Assembly (NCBI RefSeq): GCF_018977255.1
Contig: NW_024704751.1
Location: forward strand, 9,362,001-9,426,000
Direction: 5' to 3'
Length of the DNA stretch: 64,000 bases
Source of the DNA: Callorhinchus milii
Lineage: Eukaryota
In this document: positions 24,101 to 40,925 of the stretch, piece by piece
How positions within the stretch are numbered: the stretch's first letter is position 1
Layout: each line of letters begins with the position of its first letter
Program-made: the position numbers and the translations under genes
Notes under the pieces: model-generated
Told to the model about the DNA's origin: nothing
Seen by the model: the letters and a program-made list of their open reading frames with translations, nothing else
The model's database searches: none

Positions 24101-27100
24101 TGGGTGCACTGTGACCTTGAGCTAACAACCGAGCCTCCAGAAATGCTTGACCAAGATATGATGCAGAGAGAACTTAATTTTTCAAATGATTCACTTTACA
24201 ATTCAGAAAACACAATGATGATGCACTCTTTTTCCTTATTGACCTACATAGACTGATTGGTGCTGTGCAGTGTGTTTGGGGAGTCTGGCATGCAATGTCA
24301 GTGATGGGTCACGTCTGGAGTTGGGCATGTGAGTCCTAGGGTTTGAATTTTAGGTTCCAAAGGTCGGGGTCAGGCAGTGTCAGGAGTCCTGTAGCTTAGT
24401 GGTTAGAGGACCCGTCTCGCAAGGGAGAGAACCTAGGTTTGAGTTTCCTTACTCCACACGCCTCCAGCAGTAAGTAGGAACCTGGTAGTTAGTTGATTAG
24501 CGGATCTCATTTCCGGGGGTAATAATCCCTTTTAAACATAATTTGGTCACTCAATCCATGACTGTTTGTGGGACACGGCTGTTCTAAATTGGCTGCCTGG
24601 TTTCACCCACAAAATATATAGTCAATTCACTTTACAGTATATCCTGTGAAGCGCTTTGAGATGTCTTGAAGACGTGATAAGGCGCTATATCAACCGCAAG
24701 GATTATTATTATTATTTTCGCCCTTTCCTGCAGAGATCTTCCGGATCATCCAAGAGTGCAATGGGACCGGGACCTTGTCTCGTCACTTATCTTGAGATAC
24801 ATCCAATCGCATCACATCGGCCTGGTGAGAATCCAAGATCTGCCTCTGTACTTTTAACCCCTTTGTGGGTCCCCTCAACACTCACTTTCCGTCTATTACC
24901 TCGGAGAATTACTTTTTTTAAAAAAATCTGTCCCCTTATTCTAAAGCCTTTCAAATCGATGCCATTTTAATTGTGTTCTTATTGTCATCCATTTTGCCTT
25001 TTTAGCACTGCTTATTTTCTAAAGTCCTCTCAGGTTTCTCTGGTTCTGTTGTGTTGTCGGTTTCTTACCGAACACCACACACCCTTTGCTCACACAGATG
25101 TCTCCAGTTATCAGTGTAAAGCGCCCTCCGGTGGTGGATCTTATTAGAGCACAGTGAGACCCACTGCAGGGAGGTCTGGGTGGTATAATTGCCATCCCAC
25201 GCGCACAATTCCCAACTCCCAACTTTGCTCATCCTGATAAAGAAGGCCAAGGAAAATTCCCCTTTGCAGTCCTCTCACTTCATAGTATATTCTGTGCAGC
25301 GCTTTGAGACATCTCAAGGACGTGATAAGGAGCTATATCAAATGCAGGGATTATTATTATTGTAAGGCGATGTATTGAGTGAGTGTCATTCATTGTTGAA
25401 ATGTACTCTGTGAATACATCTTCCTGTCTGTTTCTTAAACCCTGGACAGTTTAAAAATAATTTGCGTCTTAATTCTGGGAGCAGCAATGCCCCCTCCTGT
25501 TTGATGTATGACAAACTTCATCTGAAATGCTCAGTTACTAGAAACAATGGGCTCTATCTGAACAAACAAGGGAGCTCACCACAACATGCACTGCTGCCAC
25601 TTCCTCTGAATTACTCTGGTCCAGATACAGAAATGGTTACATTTAAATAGTTATTTTCATATAAACGAAGAAGCCCCAGCACTGACTGAAGCCAAGTGAC
25701 TTTTGTTGTGATTCTTGGATGGCCCACTTCCTAAAGAGGAAGAGAAAGTCTGCTTTGCGTTTTAGAAAGTTTACCAACGCTGCGGTTCGTGTCTCAGACA
25801 GAAAACGCTGGAGCCAGGAACAATAAGGAAATGATTGGTTTTCCATTCCTCTTGCATTGGCCAAGTCAGAAGGTTGGACAGTTTGCAGTTTGGGTCCCAG
25901 GCGTTTTGCTTTTGCAAATAATGAGGCAGATTTCCTCCTCCACTCTGGAGATTACTTGGGAGTATTCCTTGTTTATTTTGGCTCCATTACAAACAGGCAG
26001 CAGTGAAGCTCTTCAAGTTACTGTCTCAGAGGGTGATTTGTAGTTTTGCATCAATGAAGATTAGCATTCTGTGCTGTTTATATAATGACCTTTGAAGAGA
26101 TGGGTCATTGTGTGAAAGACAGCAACAAAAGAGAATTCAAATCTGCATGTTGTCCCTCACTGTGTTCATCATAATTTGATGAATCACTAAAGCTTGAATT
26201 TGTTTTCTTGCGGTCCCCAGATGGGGGACTTCCCTCCTGTTCCGAATTAGTTCAGTTACATAAATAACCCACTTACACAGTCCTGTGTCTCAAAACTCTG
26301 GTATAATCCAGACCTTCAAGCCAGCCCTAATGTTGTGCTGCCAAAAGGCCGGAAGGCGACACAGGCACACCGGTTCCAAGCTTATAACGCCTCCACCTTC
26401 ATCTCAGTATGACCTCGACATCCATAACCGCGCAAAGTTAAAACTACACTTGATCCTAGGCTGAAAATCACTGAAACTGAAGCAAAGCTCTCTCACCAGA
26501 GATGTATCCTTTCGCAACTCCTGATCTCTCCTCACAGTGCCATGGAGGCAAACCAATGCCACGGGGCATCCGTCTGTAGTCATCACATCAACAATTTTTC
26601 CTGCCTTCTCAGGTCCTTGTGGTAATAAGGTTTTATGGCAGAGACCAGTTCACCCGGCCCTGGGATGAAGTCTGTAATAAAAGAGAGGGTGGATTGAAAA
26701 ATATGGAAACACTCATTTAAAAGCAGTTTGTGGCATCTCTATGGTTAATGCCACCAGCCCCATCCCAGTTGGGGGGTGCACACCTGTCACCTGTCCCCAC
26801 CTCCCGTAGTACTGTGACTGGTTATCAGGATGTGAAAAAATGAAACTTGCTGCACCTTTTATGCACAGCAGTATCTTTTTGCACTAACGCCTGGTCAAAA
26901 TCTTGCCTTTAAAAACGTCAAAATACAATTGCAAAATAGTTTGTTCCTTGTCAGCAGACTGTTATAGCTAAGATCTCACCCTTTGCTATGTCATAGGTAC
27001 TAACATTCGATGAAGGAGGAGTGAGCGGACATGTCAATCACATCGCTGTCTACTATGCTGTCAGGTAAGTAGTGAATTGTGCCCTTTTTGAGCACTCTTC

Positions 27101-29655
27101 TCTCCTGGAGTGCTGCGGACGCTCTTTGCTCAGGAGCCAGATTTCCGAGACACACCAAACAGGGTTCACTCAGTTTGAATATTATGTTACCAAACACGTT
27201 TGAGGGGTACGACGATGTTCATCAACTTGTTCAAGAAAAGGTGGGGAGCAAGAGGTTTCTGTGGATGTTACCTGGTTAAAATCCAATAGGAATTTTGAAA
27301 ATTGAACAGTTCGGTGCTGAAGGGGTTAACACGTTGCCGCTCGCAGTCTGGGAAATGTCAGCATGTCTGGAGCCCCCAGGGCCTGGAACGCTGCTCTCTG
27401 CTCTCGTGTTCTACCCTTTTCTTGCTCCACTGCACGAACCAGTGACCTTCAGCCCTAGTGACATTTCTGCCTCCTGTCAACAAGTCTGTGGCTGTATCGG
27501 TGCCAGCAAAGCCTTATCGGGAAACAAAATTGGATAAAGAGTACCTGTATTCTGAGAGTTGGATGCCCTCTGATTGCATGTTGGGGATGGGTTTGTATAC
27601 AATCTTTTGAAGAATGAAGCTTTGTACAAAAAGCCAAGGTCACAGACTCGTTCACCTCCCATTTTCTCAGACCATTGCAACTTATTGCAGGTGATCGGAA
27701 AAGCAGGAATATTGTAATTCTCAGAAATTTGTGTGGAGAAGGCAAAAAATTGCTACCTGCAGACCTTTCGCCTTCAAAGCCCTCCATGGCCTTGCTCCTT
27801 CCTAACTCTGCGACCTGCTAACGCCATATTAAAATGTGTTAAGCTACAAAAATAATAGCTGTAAACATTTATGTAGTACAGCACAGAACTAATGAATGTT
27901 TGACTTTGCTGAACCTAAGCATCAGGTATCTGCTGAATATTGATTCCTATAAAAAGTCAGGACATGGGGGTGTTACTGAACATAATTGTGCTTCGGTATT
28001 GGTGAGTCAGTATTGGCAAGAACACTTTAAGCCTTTCCACCAAAAGGGATTTTATAAAAGGGTTTTTTTTTTGTCATTTTTTTTTTGTCGATCCTATTGG
28101 CAAATGAATTGATCCACGTGACCAATGCTCTGGGCACTTTTGTGCTGTGCTGCTCAGCAAGATAATGTCATTAGCCAGGTGGTTCAACTCCCCCGAGCAA
28201 AACCTGATCCTGCAATGGCTTGGGCGAACCATTGGGTGGGGCACGAGGAGAGATGATGAGAGATGTTTTTTCAGGCAGTCAGAGAAAGGTGCTGCCCAAA
28301 TGGTACATGTTATGCTCGACTCACAGAGTAGCAGCATTAGACCCATTAGACCTGACTGAGCTGGAGGATGGAATGTGCCGCACTGTTAGGTGAGGAATAA
28401 AAATGTCACATAGGGAGGGAGTCCTGTAGCTCAGTGGTTAGAGCACTCGCTTTGCAAGCGAGAGACCTGAGTTCAATTCCAGGCAGAGGGCGAAACCTTG
28501 GGCAAGTTTCCTTACTCCACACAGAGCCTAATAACAATCCCTCCAAAAAACAAAAACAACAATAAATTGGTCATTTTCAATCTACGACTGATTGTGGGGA
28601 CATTGCTGTGCGCAATTGTCTGCCGCGTTCGCCCACAAATATACAGTCAATTCACTTTACAGTGTTTTCTGTGAAGCGCTTTGGGACGTCGAGAAGACGT
28701 GAAAAGCGCTATATCAAATGCAAGGATTATTATTATTGTATCTAACGCCTGTTGTCCTTTTACAGGAAGCTTTGCTCAGAGCGGAAGCTACCGGTGGGTA
28801 AGTGATCCGCGATATACGTCCATTATTGTACATTGGATATGTGCTCGGATTAGTGCAGCGCGTTTGTGAGCGGAGGTGCTTGATCTACCGCTGGGCTATT
28901 CCTGGATCTACTTAGTGATTTCAGAAAATGAATTGAACTGCTTCTGCCTGCCTCTCGCAAAAGACAAAGTATCCAGAACCAAGACAACCACGGTCTGTAT
29001 TTAACATTCAGCCACTCTCTGATCCTGTTTAGGGTGCCGGGTTCTTGTACTAGAATCCACCAACATCATTCGGAAATACATCTCCATCCTGGACCTGCCG
29101 ATCAGCTGGCTAAGACCTCATGATATGATATACATATTATCTAGTGAGGAATATCAACAGGCCAGGGTAAGCAATTCATTTTGTGTCCTTTGTTATTTTT
29201 TGTTTTACATCTTGTTTTATCCTCCGTGCTGTGTCCTAGAAAAATACAGTCACTCCAATCTCCATTACATCCCTTGAAGCGCTTTCAGACATCCTTCCAA
29301 TGTAAAAGGCAGAGATACCAAACATGAGGATTATTATTATTTCATGGAGTTTTTCTTTGTTTATGACTCTGTTTAAATGTTATGCATTCAGCCACATTTA
29401 GGCCTGAAATATTCAGCAGCTTTTATCTGTGGAATAAACATACTGGGAGTGCATGTGGGAGCTTTACTGTAATAGAAAATTATTCCATTCCTGTCACTGA
29501 TAGCTCTCATGTTATTGAGCAGAAAGTTGTATTGTAACTGTTTTTTGTTTCAGAACGCTATGCTCTGTCATCGAAGTCAGCTGCTCTGGTTCCGCCATAT
29601 CTACCTACGAATTTCTCGTTACATGCTTATAAATACACTGAACCAAATTTCCTGA
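17706..29655 (+). CDS. PIGL: N-acetylglucosaminyl-phosphatidylinositol de-N-acetylase; exons 17706-18021, 20286-20385, 24734-24824, 26997-27064, 28766-28797, 29033-29166, 29554-29655 (280 aa)
   Basis: Kozak GCCATGG, N-terminal hydrophobic anchor, [16 protein letters not shown] motif, [39 protein letters not shown] (HxxH), [11 protein letters not shown] and HRSQLLWFR. All introns are GT-AG with compatible phases; total 843 nt. Confidence 0.97.
18149..18466 (+). mobile_element. tRNA-derived SINE, short subtype, full length
   Basis: A box TAGCTCAGTGG, B box AGTTCAATTCC, body, L2-like tail GCGCTATATCAAATGCGAGGATTATTATTATT; near-identical to the copy at 28418. Confidence 0.9.
24382..24716 (+). 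mobile_element. tRNA-derived SINE, long subtype
   Basis: Same head, AGCAGTAAGTAGGAACC insert and (ATT)n tail; ends about 17 nt before PIGL exon 3. Confidence 0.85.
28418..28737 (+). mobile_element. tRNA-derived SINE, short subtype, full length
   Basis: GGAGTCCTGTAGCTCAGTGGTTAGAGCACTCGCTTTGCAAGCGAGAGACC...GGATTATTATTATT. Confidence 0.9.
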
Positions 29656-29966
29656 TAAACTTCGGATCAGGATCATTGCCCTTCAAATGTATTGGATTCT
29701 GTTTATCAAAGTGATGAAAAATCCTGTTTTTCTGGGCAGTTTGATTCTTTGCAGAGATGTTTGAAGATAGTGGGGAAAAAAGCCCAAAACAATATTATCA
29801 ATAAGCACTTTAATACAAGTCTGAGCGGTATCTAGTACATGAATACCAGGCACAAAGTGTCTTTCAAAAGCAGTGTCAAACAAAAATCAAGGATTCTATA
29901 GCAAACTGTGTCTGAGTGATGTAATTGTGGTTTCAATTTCTGGGACTCTGAACTTGTTTTCTTTTT

Positions 29967-29972
29967 TTTATT
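29967..29972 (-). terminator. Candidate CENPV polyadenylation signal AATAAA
   Basis: TTTATT on the plus strand, about 220 nt past the CENPV stop codon. Confidence 0.5.
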
Positions 29973-30194
29973 CTTGTGAGAAGATCTGAATTGTATTTCT
30001 GTCTGCCTATGTGTCAGTTATTTTATCTTATTCAAACGGGTGAAATAGAAAAGATATTGGAAAATCATGAGATGAGACAGAATGGACCATACTAGCTGTT
30101 TTGTAGAACAAGTGAGACAATAGCATGGAAGCCAGAATAACCTTCTGAATCCAACAATGACTTCATACTCAAGAGTTATTAATATGGTATGTGC

Positions 30195-34193
<3,999 letters not shown>

Positions 34194-34797
34194 CGCCTTT
34201 AGTTTTACTTTTGAAAAAGAAATCCCATGTTTACAGCCCCAGCCGAAGTTTGCTAAGTGCGTGGCTGTTTCTAAGGCTGTGCTCCTTCAGGAATGGCTGA
34301 GTCCGCTCCGGGAGGTGGGGCCCTCTCTACCGTATTATATCAATCCAAAAGTACTGCACTTCAGAGTCCGGCCGCCCCCCAATATGCATTACCCGCATCT
34401 GGTGCTGAGGCTGGAATAACACACTCAAGCCTTCACGGGAAGGGCCCTGGTAGGAAGTTGTGTGGCAAATCACACATACAATAACGCATCTTTCAGCCCA
34501 TATCACGCTGAAACATAAAATGGCTCCTCCGAGATGGGACCATTAGGGTTGTGGCTTGCTGAATTAATGGGAGCTGGGTGGGAGAATCCCTATCTACCAC
34601 AGGGGGTTGATTTAATTCGAACTTTCCTTTGCTAAGCATGTCACAGTAGCCGGCTCAGCTCCAAGGAAGCGCCACTTTATCTACCCCACCCCCACCAGTG
34701 GATCCTGTCTCGAAAGAACCTTAACGTTCCTCAAAGGTCACACCGGCCTTAGTCGTTAATGGCATTTTAAGTGTACGGTCGCACCACAATCCCCTAT

Positions 34798-35118
34798 GGA
34801 GTCCTGTAGCTCAGTGGTTGGAGCACTTGCCTTGCAAGTGAGACACCTGGGTTCAATTCCCGGCAGGGCGAAACCTTGGGCAAGTTTCCTTACTCCACAC
34901 GCCTAATAATCGCCTAATCCCTCCAAAAACAAACAAAAAATAAAATTGGTCATTTTCAATCCATGACTGTTTGTGGGACATTGCTGTGCCCAATTGGCAG
35001 CCGCGTTTCGCCCACAAATATACAGTCAATTCACTTTACAGCATATTCTGTGAAGCGCTTTGAGATGTCTAGAAGACGCAAAAAGCGCTATATCAAACGT
35101 AAGGATTATTATTATTAT
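34798..35118 (+). mobile_element. tRNA-derived SINE, short subtype, full length
   Basis: Same head, body and tail as the other copies. Confidence 0.9.
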
Positions 35119-36104
35119 TTGTGCCCGTTTCTTAGTGCTGTCTTTCCAAGCCTCGCACTACTGTTTTTGAACAGTTTTCTAGTGTTCTACACTATTCTAA
35201 GTGATCCTCCTTCCTTGTAAGAAAGATGAGCTCCATTTAACACTACAGATATTTGCAGATAATCAATGGGCAGAGTAGCATATGCCAGTAGGAAGAAAAT
35301 TAGAAAAACACTGGACAAGTTGAAATTTAAAAAGTCTTCATTAAAAGGGAGTGAAAGAAAAAAAATGGAGAGAACAAATATACTTTCAATTGTGCAGCAA
35401 AGCATTCTGAAATACAGCTCCATTCAACACCGCAGTGATTCAACTTCACATCGAAAGCACGGAGAATTACGTTGATACTAGAAAGACAAAGAACTTTCAT
35501 GCTTGTTTCCGGGTATGTTCAAGTGAGTCACGTCATGAGGCGATAGACGTACCTATGTACGTCAGTTTGTTTCGTTTCACATTCCTTTCAGGAAAGGTCT
35601 CTTTGTTTCAACCAGGATAGTAGAAACACAATGCAATCACGAGTCACCCCAGCAATTATCTGGAGACAGAATTTTTAGGTTTCTTTTTTTGCCTACGCGG
35701 CTCGATTTCCTAACGTCAGATTTTTTTTTTNAAAATGACACATCCAGAACAGAGGTCACGGATACAAACTAGTGACAGTCCTTACGGGGCTCAACCCAAT
35801 CGCTCTTTCGGAGACCGTACGGCCTCCTTTACGTCCCGTTAATTTCTAATGGCTCCATAACAGCAGTTTTATTTATCGCGTCAAATAAAACGTCCGGGGG
35901 ACGGAGCGCTTCACAAAACCTGAATAGAAAGGTAGAATTAATCAAGGCGCGGGAGATTTAGTCAGGCAAGAGGCGTAACTCGTCTATGATGGTTGTTTGC
36001 AGTCGGTGCCAGCAACCTCCCGTGACCAATCACAGGTGAACGGCCAAACTCATTTTAGCACAAAAATGGGGAAAACGATACTACCGGCGGGATGGTCGGG
36101 CAGT

Positions 36105-36712
36105 CGCCATGTAATTCGAGCTGAGCGGGTTGGACCATTCGCCCGGCAAGCGAGAGAGACCTGGGTTCGATTCCCGGGCTGGGTGAAACGTTGGGCAAGT
36201 TTCCTTTACTCCGCACGGCCTCGGTTTACCGAGCAGTGAGTAGGAACCCGGTCGTCAGTCGATCGCTTTTCCGGTGGTGGTGGTGGTGGTGGTGGGGGTA
36301 ATAATTCCTTCTTTTAGAAAAATGGCCACTCACTCAATCCACGACTGTTTGTGTTCGCCTCCGCCGCCGTCAATCAGCTGCCGCGTTTATCCCCCCCCCC
36401 CCACACACAAAATACAGTCACTACACTCGAGAGAGAGAGACCAGAGTTCAATTCCCGGCAGAGGGCCAAACCTCGGGCAAGTTTCCTTACTCCACACAGA
36501 GCCTAATAATAATCCCTCCAAAACAATAATAAATTGGTCATATTCAATCCACGACTGTCTGTGGGACATTGCTGTGCGCAATCGGCCGCCGCGTTCGCCC
36601 ACAAATATACAGTCAATTCACTTTACAGTGTGTTCTGTGAAGCGCTTTGGGACGTCCTCCCGACGTGAGAAGCGCTATATCAAATGCGAGGATTATGATC
36701 ATTATTATTATT
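36105..36712 (+). mobile_element. Two tandem/nested SINE copies (diverged long subtype followed by a 5'-truncated short subtype)
   Basis: First head GCAAGCGAGAGAGACCTGGGTTCGATTCCC at about 36146; second copy begins GAGAGACCAGAGTTCAATTCCC at about 36435 and runs to an (ATT)n tail. Confidence 0.8.
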
Positions 36713-38090
36713 ACACTCGACAGCGTATCGTATGCCCGGCGAAAGCGCTTGGAGAACGTTCTCGAAGAAGCGCCGGATCCCAGCGCGAGGAGGTATTGCT
36801 GCCGTCCCCGCACGAGGTTCGGGTCGAGTTTCCTTTACAGAAGTAATTCTTTCGTAAAAAAAAAACGGCGGCCGCCGAGAAACGGTGCGACAACAAACAA
36901 CACTCACACATTCGTACATACTGTGTCGGGAGTCAGTTGGGACAAACACGGTAACACAACACAACCTAACGCAATGCCGCCGCCCCCCTCTCACCCCCCG
37001 GGTCAGGCGCCACAGCGGACACCGTGGAAACTTCTCGACTTTCACCCCGACTGCTTTTGGCGGTTGAAGCACGAGGCGGTCACGTGCCTCCCACCTCCTC
37101 CCCCCCCCCCCCCACGGGCCGCACGCGGTGTTTCTCGGAGCAACAAACGGCAGCTGCTTTTTGCACGTGACAGGCTCCGACCACGTGATCCGCTCCGCCC
37201 CCCCCCTTCGCCCCGCCCCGGGGGAGGGGTCTCCTGGTCCACCCGCCACTCACAAGGCAGGAAAAACACGTCTCGTCACTAAGCGTCGATGAGGGCGGGA
37301 TTATGAGCCACGAGAGGCCGTCCGTCCGGAACTTTTTCAGATATTGCCTCAGCTCCACCTTACTGGCAGTTAAACAAATCACTCCGCCCCCTCCTCCTCC
37401 TCCTCCTCCAAAAAATCGTGACCTATCCATCCTTCCCTTCACGGCCCGACTCAAATCAAGATTATTATTTTTTTTTCGAACGCAGTAAAATGCAGCCGTT
37501 CAAACGGTGCGAGAATTTCCGCAACCGGAGCGTCGAAAGCCGTTCCCGGAAAGGTGGGACCTATTTTGTGAATGCGGAAGGCAACCGATAGGTGGGGGAG
37601 GGGGGGGGTGGGGAGAGTAGGAGTGACGTAGCCGCCCGGGGGAGGCTATAAATGAGCGGCGCTCGGAAAAGCCGACAATTTAAGCGGAGTTTGAATCCCT
37701 ACCGGTGCTGAAGATTTGCCGAGAGTTAAAGCAGCGTTGCCGAGGTTTGTGGCGTTGACGTTTACTTTCGCCGTACGTTTCCGTCGTGTATTCGATGTCC
37801 GCAGGTTGGGGAAATGATTCCAGCGCTGAACCAGTTTTTTTTTGAGGGGGGGGAAGAAAAAAGGAAAATTTTTTTTAAAAAAAACCGTCGCAGATCCCCG
37901 TCGCTTTCAACCGCCCGACGGGAGGAGCTCTCGCTTCGGAGCTGCGGCCCAAACCCCCCCCACACAGCGCAGCGTTTTCGGCGATAACGTCGGTTTAAGA
38001 AAGGTCAACCCCACGTTCACCCAAAACCCGGGGAGTTCCGAGTGAAAATCCGTGGGTGAACTTGTTTTCCGGCGGCGCGAAATCATTGTT
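36700..38090 (+). promoter_or_regulatory. CpG island and TATA promoter of UBB with non-coding exon 1 (about 37680-37804)
   Basis: TATAAA at 37647-37652, CRE-like TGACGTA at 37624-37630, TTCCCGGAA at 37543-37551, three CACGTG boxes at 37081-37187. Donor CAG|GTTGGG at 37804; acceptor TTTCAG at 38729, seven nt before the ubiquitin ATG, as in vertebrate UBB/UBC gene structure. Confidence 0.8.
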
Positions 38091-38697
38091 AATATTATTG
38101 TTGTTATAATTCATGATGATCTTTGCGTTTGGTAGAGCGCTCGGTCGAGAGAGGGTGTCTCAAAAGTATTTCACAGACTATACGGTAGAGTGACTGTATG
38201 GTGTTGGTGGGGGGGGGAGAGCAAACCACAAATCTGAGTGGTTGGGAGGAGCCACAGCGACACTCTCTATACAATAATAATAATGATGATGATGATGATG
38301 ATCCTTGCGTTTGATATAGCGCTTTTCACGTCTTCTCGACGTCTCAGAAGCGCTCTCGTGAGGAGAGGACCTGCGGGACCAGCCCGAAGGGGTTTTCGGA
38401 CCGAAATGCTCACCGTCCTCTCTGTCCTTCGCTCCCAAGATGAAGGGTTGGATAGCTTTAGGAAGGAAAGGACAAGCCTTTGGAGTCTGTGATATTGTTC
38501 AGGGCTCTCGCTTTCTTGCTTAGATTTCGCAAGCTAGGATTCCACCCGGTGGCGAAACCACGATTAGTAAACATAAACTAAGCTTTTGAACCTTCTGAAA
38601 ATAAATCTGGTATCGAGGCTTTGACATGTGCTTACGGAAGCAATCCAGGCTGTTGGTCATTCTCCCCCCAACTGCACTCTATTTTTCTGCAGATTAA

Positions 38698-39881
<1,184 letters not shown>

Positions 39882-40679
39882 TTTTAAGTAGTTTATTGCT
39901 CTGCTCTCTTGCTTTGGTGTTTTTTTCAATTCACTGATGTATAAATCATGAATGGACTTTGGATTCTTGTGTGCACATGTTGTAGATAATAAAGATTTTT
40001 GGCATTACCTCGAATTGTTGAGTATTGGCTGTAGAGGATAATGAACTTTACAGAGTTTATGTTCCCACTGATAACTAACTTTAAAATACTAGAAAATGGA
40101 ACCTTGTAATGTTAAAATTCTCAGGCCTTTAAACATGACTGACTGCTATATTAAACTATCAAGTTATGACCTCTGAAGAATTTGGAAATTTTAGATGTTC
40201 TGCCTCTTAATGCTTTCAGTAAAGTAGGATTCACCACTATAATAATTTATTCCTAACTGAACCTGCTTTAAACTACTAAATGGGAGTTTGTGTTGACAAT
40301 ATGAATAACAAATATTTGACAAGGATGCAATGCTTTCTAAAGCTTTGCCGAGCAATGCTCTCCTCCCATAGACCCCCCCCCCCACCTGCACCCCCAGGGG
40401 TTATACGTGGCCTCCATTCTGCACACCATTACATACTGATGATTAGGAAACATGGGAGTGGTGGCCTGTGCATCAGTTCCTTAACTGAAAAACAACCAGA
40501 TTTGTGCTTTAATGAGGCAGCATTGGAGTACCTTCAATTTTTCTACCCCCAACTCTGAAATTCCATCCTGGATTCCCTCCACCTTGCCCTTCCACATTCA
40601 AGCTGTCTCAAGACTGGCATTTGAGTTGGTATCCTGAGGGCACTGATTTAAAATAGTTAAAAAAAAACAGGGTGGGGGT

Positions 40680-40925
40680 GAGCAGAAACTTTCGCACAGC
40701 GAGTTCGGATCTGGAATGCATTACCTGAAAGGGTGGTCGAAGCTGATCTGATAACAACTTAAGAAAGAAGCAGATAATTATTTGGGGAGGTCAAGTTTGC
40801 AAGGCTAATGGGGAGAGAGAGCGGGGGAGTGGGATTAAATTGGGTAGTTCTTTTCAAAGAGCGAGCACAGAGACGATTGGCCGAATGGCCTCCTTCTGTC
40901 CTGTATAATTCTCGGATTCCAAGAC
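40680..40925 (+). mobile_element. CR1 LINE 3' end; others at about 46975-47190 (-), 48125-48340 (+), 53300-53430 (+)
   Basis: IWNALPERVVEA-like coding remnant, GGCCGAATGGCCTCCTTCTGT terminal motif and ATTCT.TG repeats. Confidence 0.8.

Noticed and set aside
28418-28492. Apparent tRNA-Ala(TGC) genes at SINE heads
   Set aside because: Each runs directly into a shared SINE body and L2-type tail, lacks a nearby poly-T terminator and varies between copies, so these are SINEs rather than tRNA genes.
36274-37282. ORFs of 190-211 aa upstream of UBB
   Set aside because: Composed of SINE sequence and CpG-island low-complexity DNA; the same peptide fragments recur at other SINE copies.
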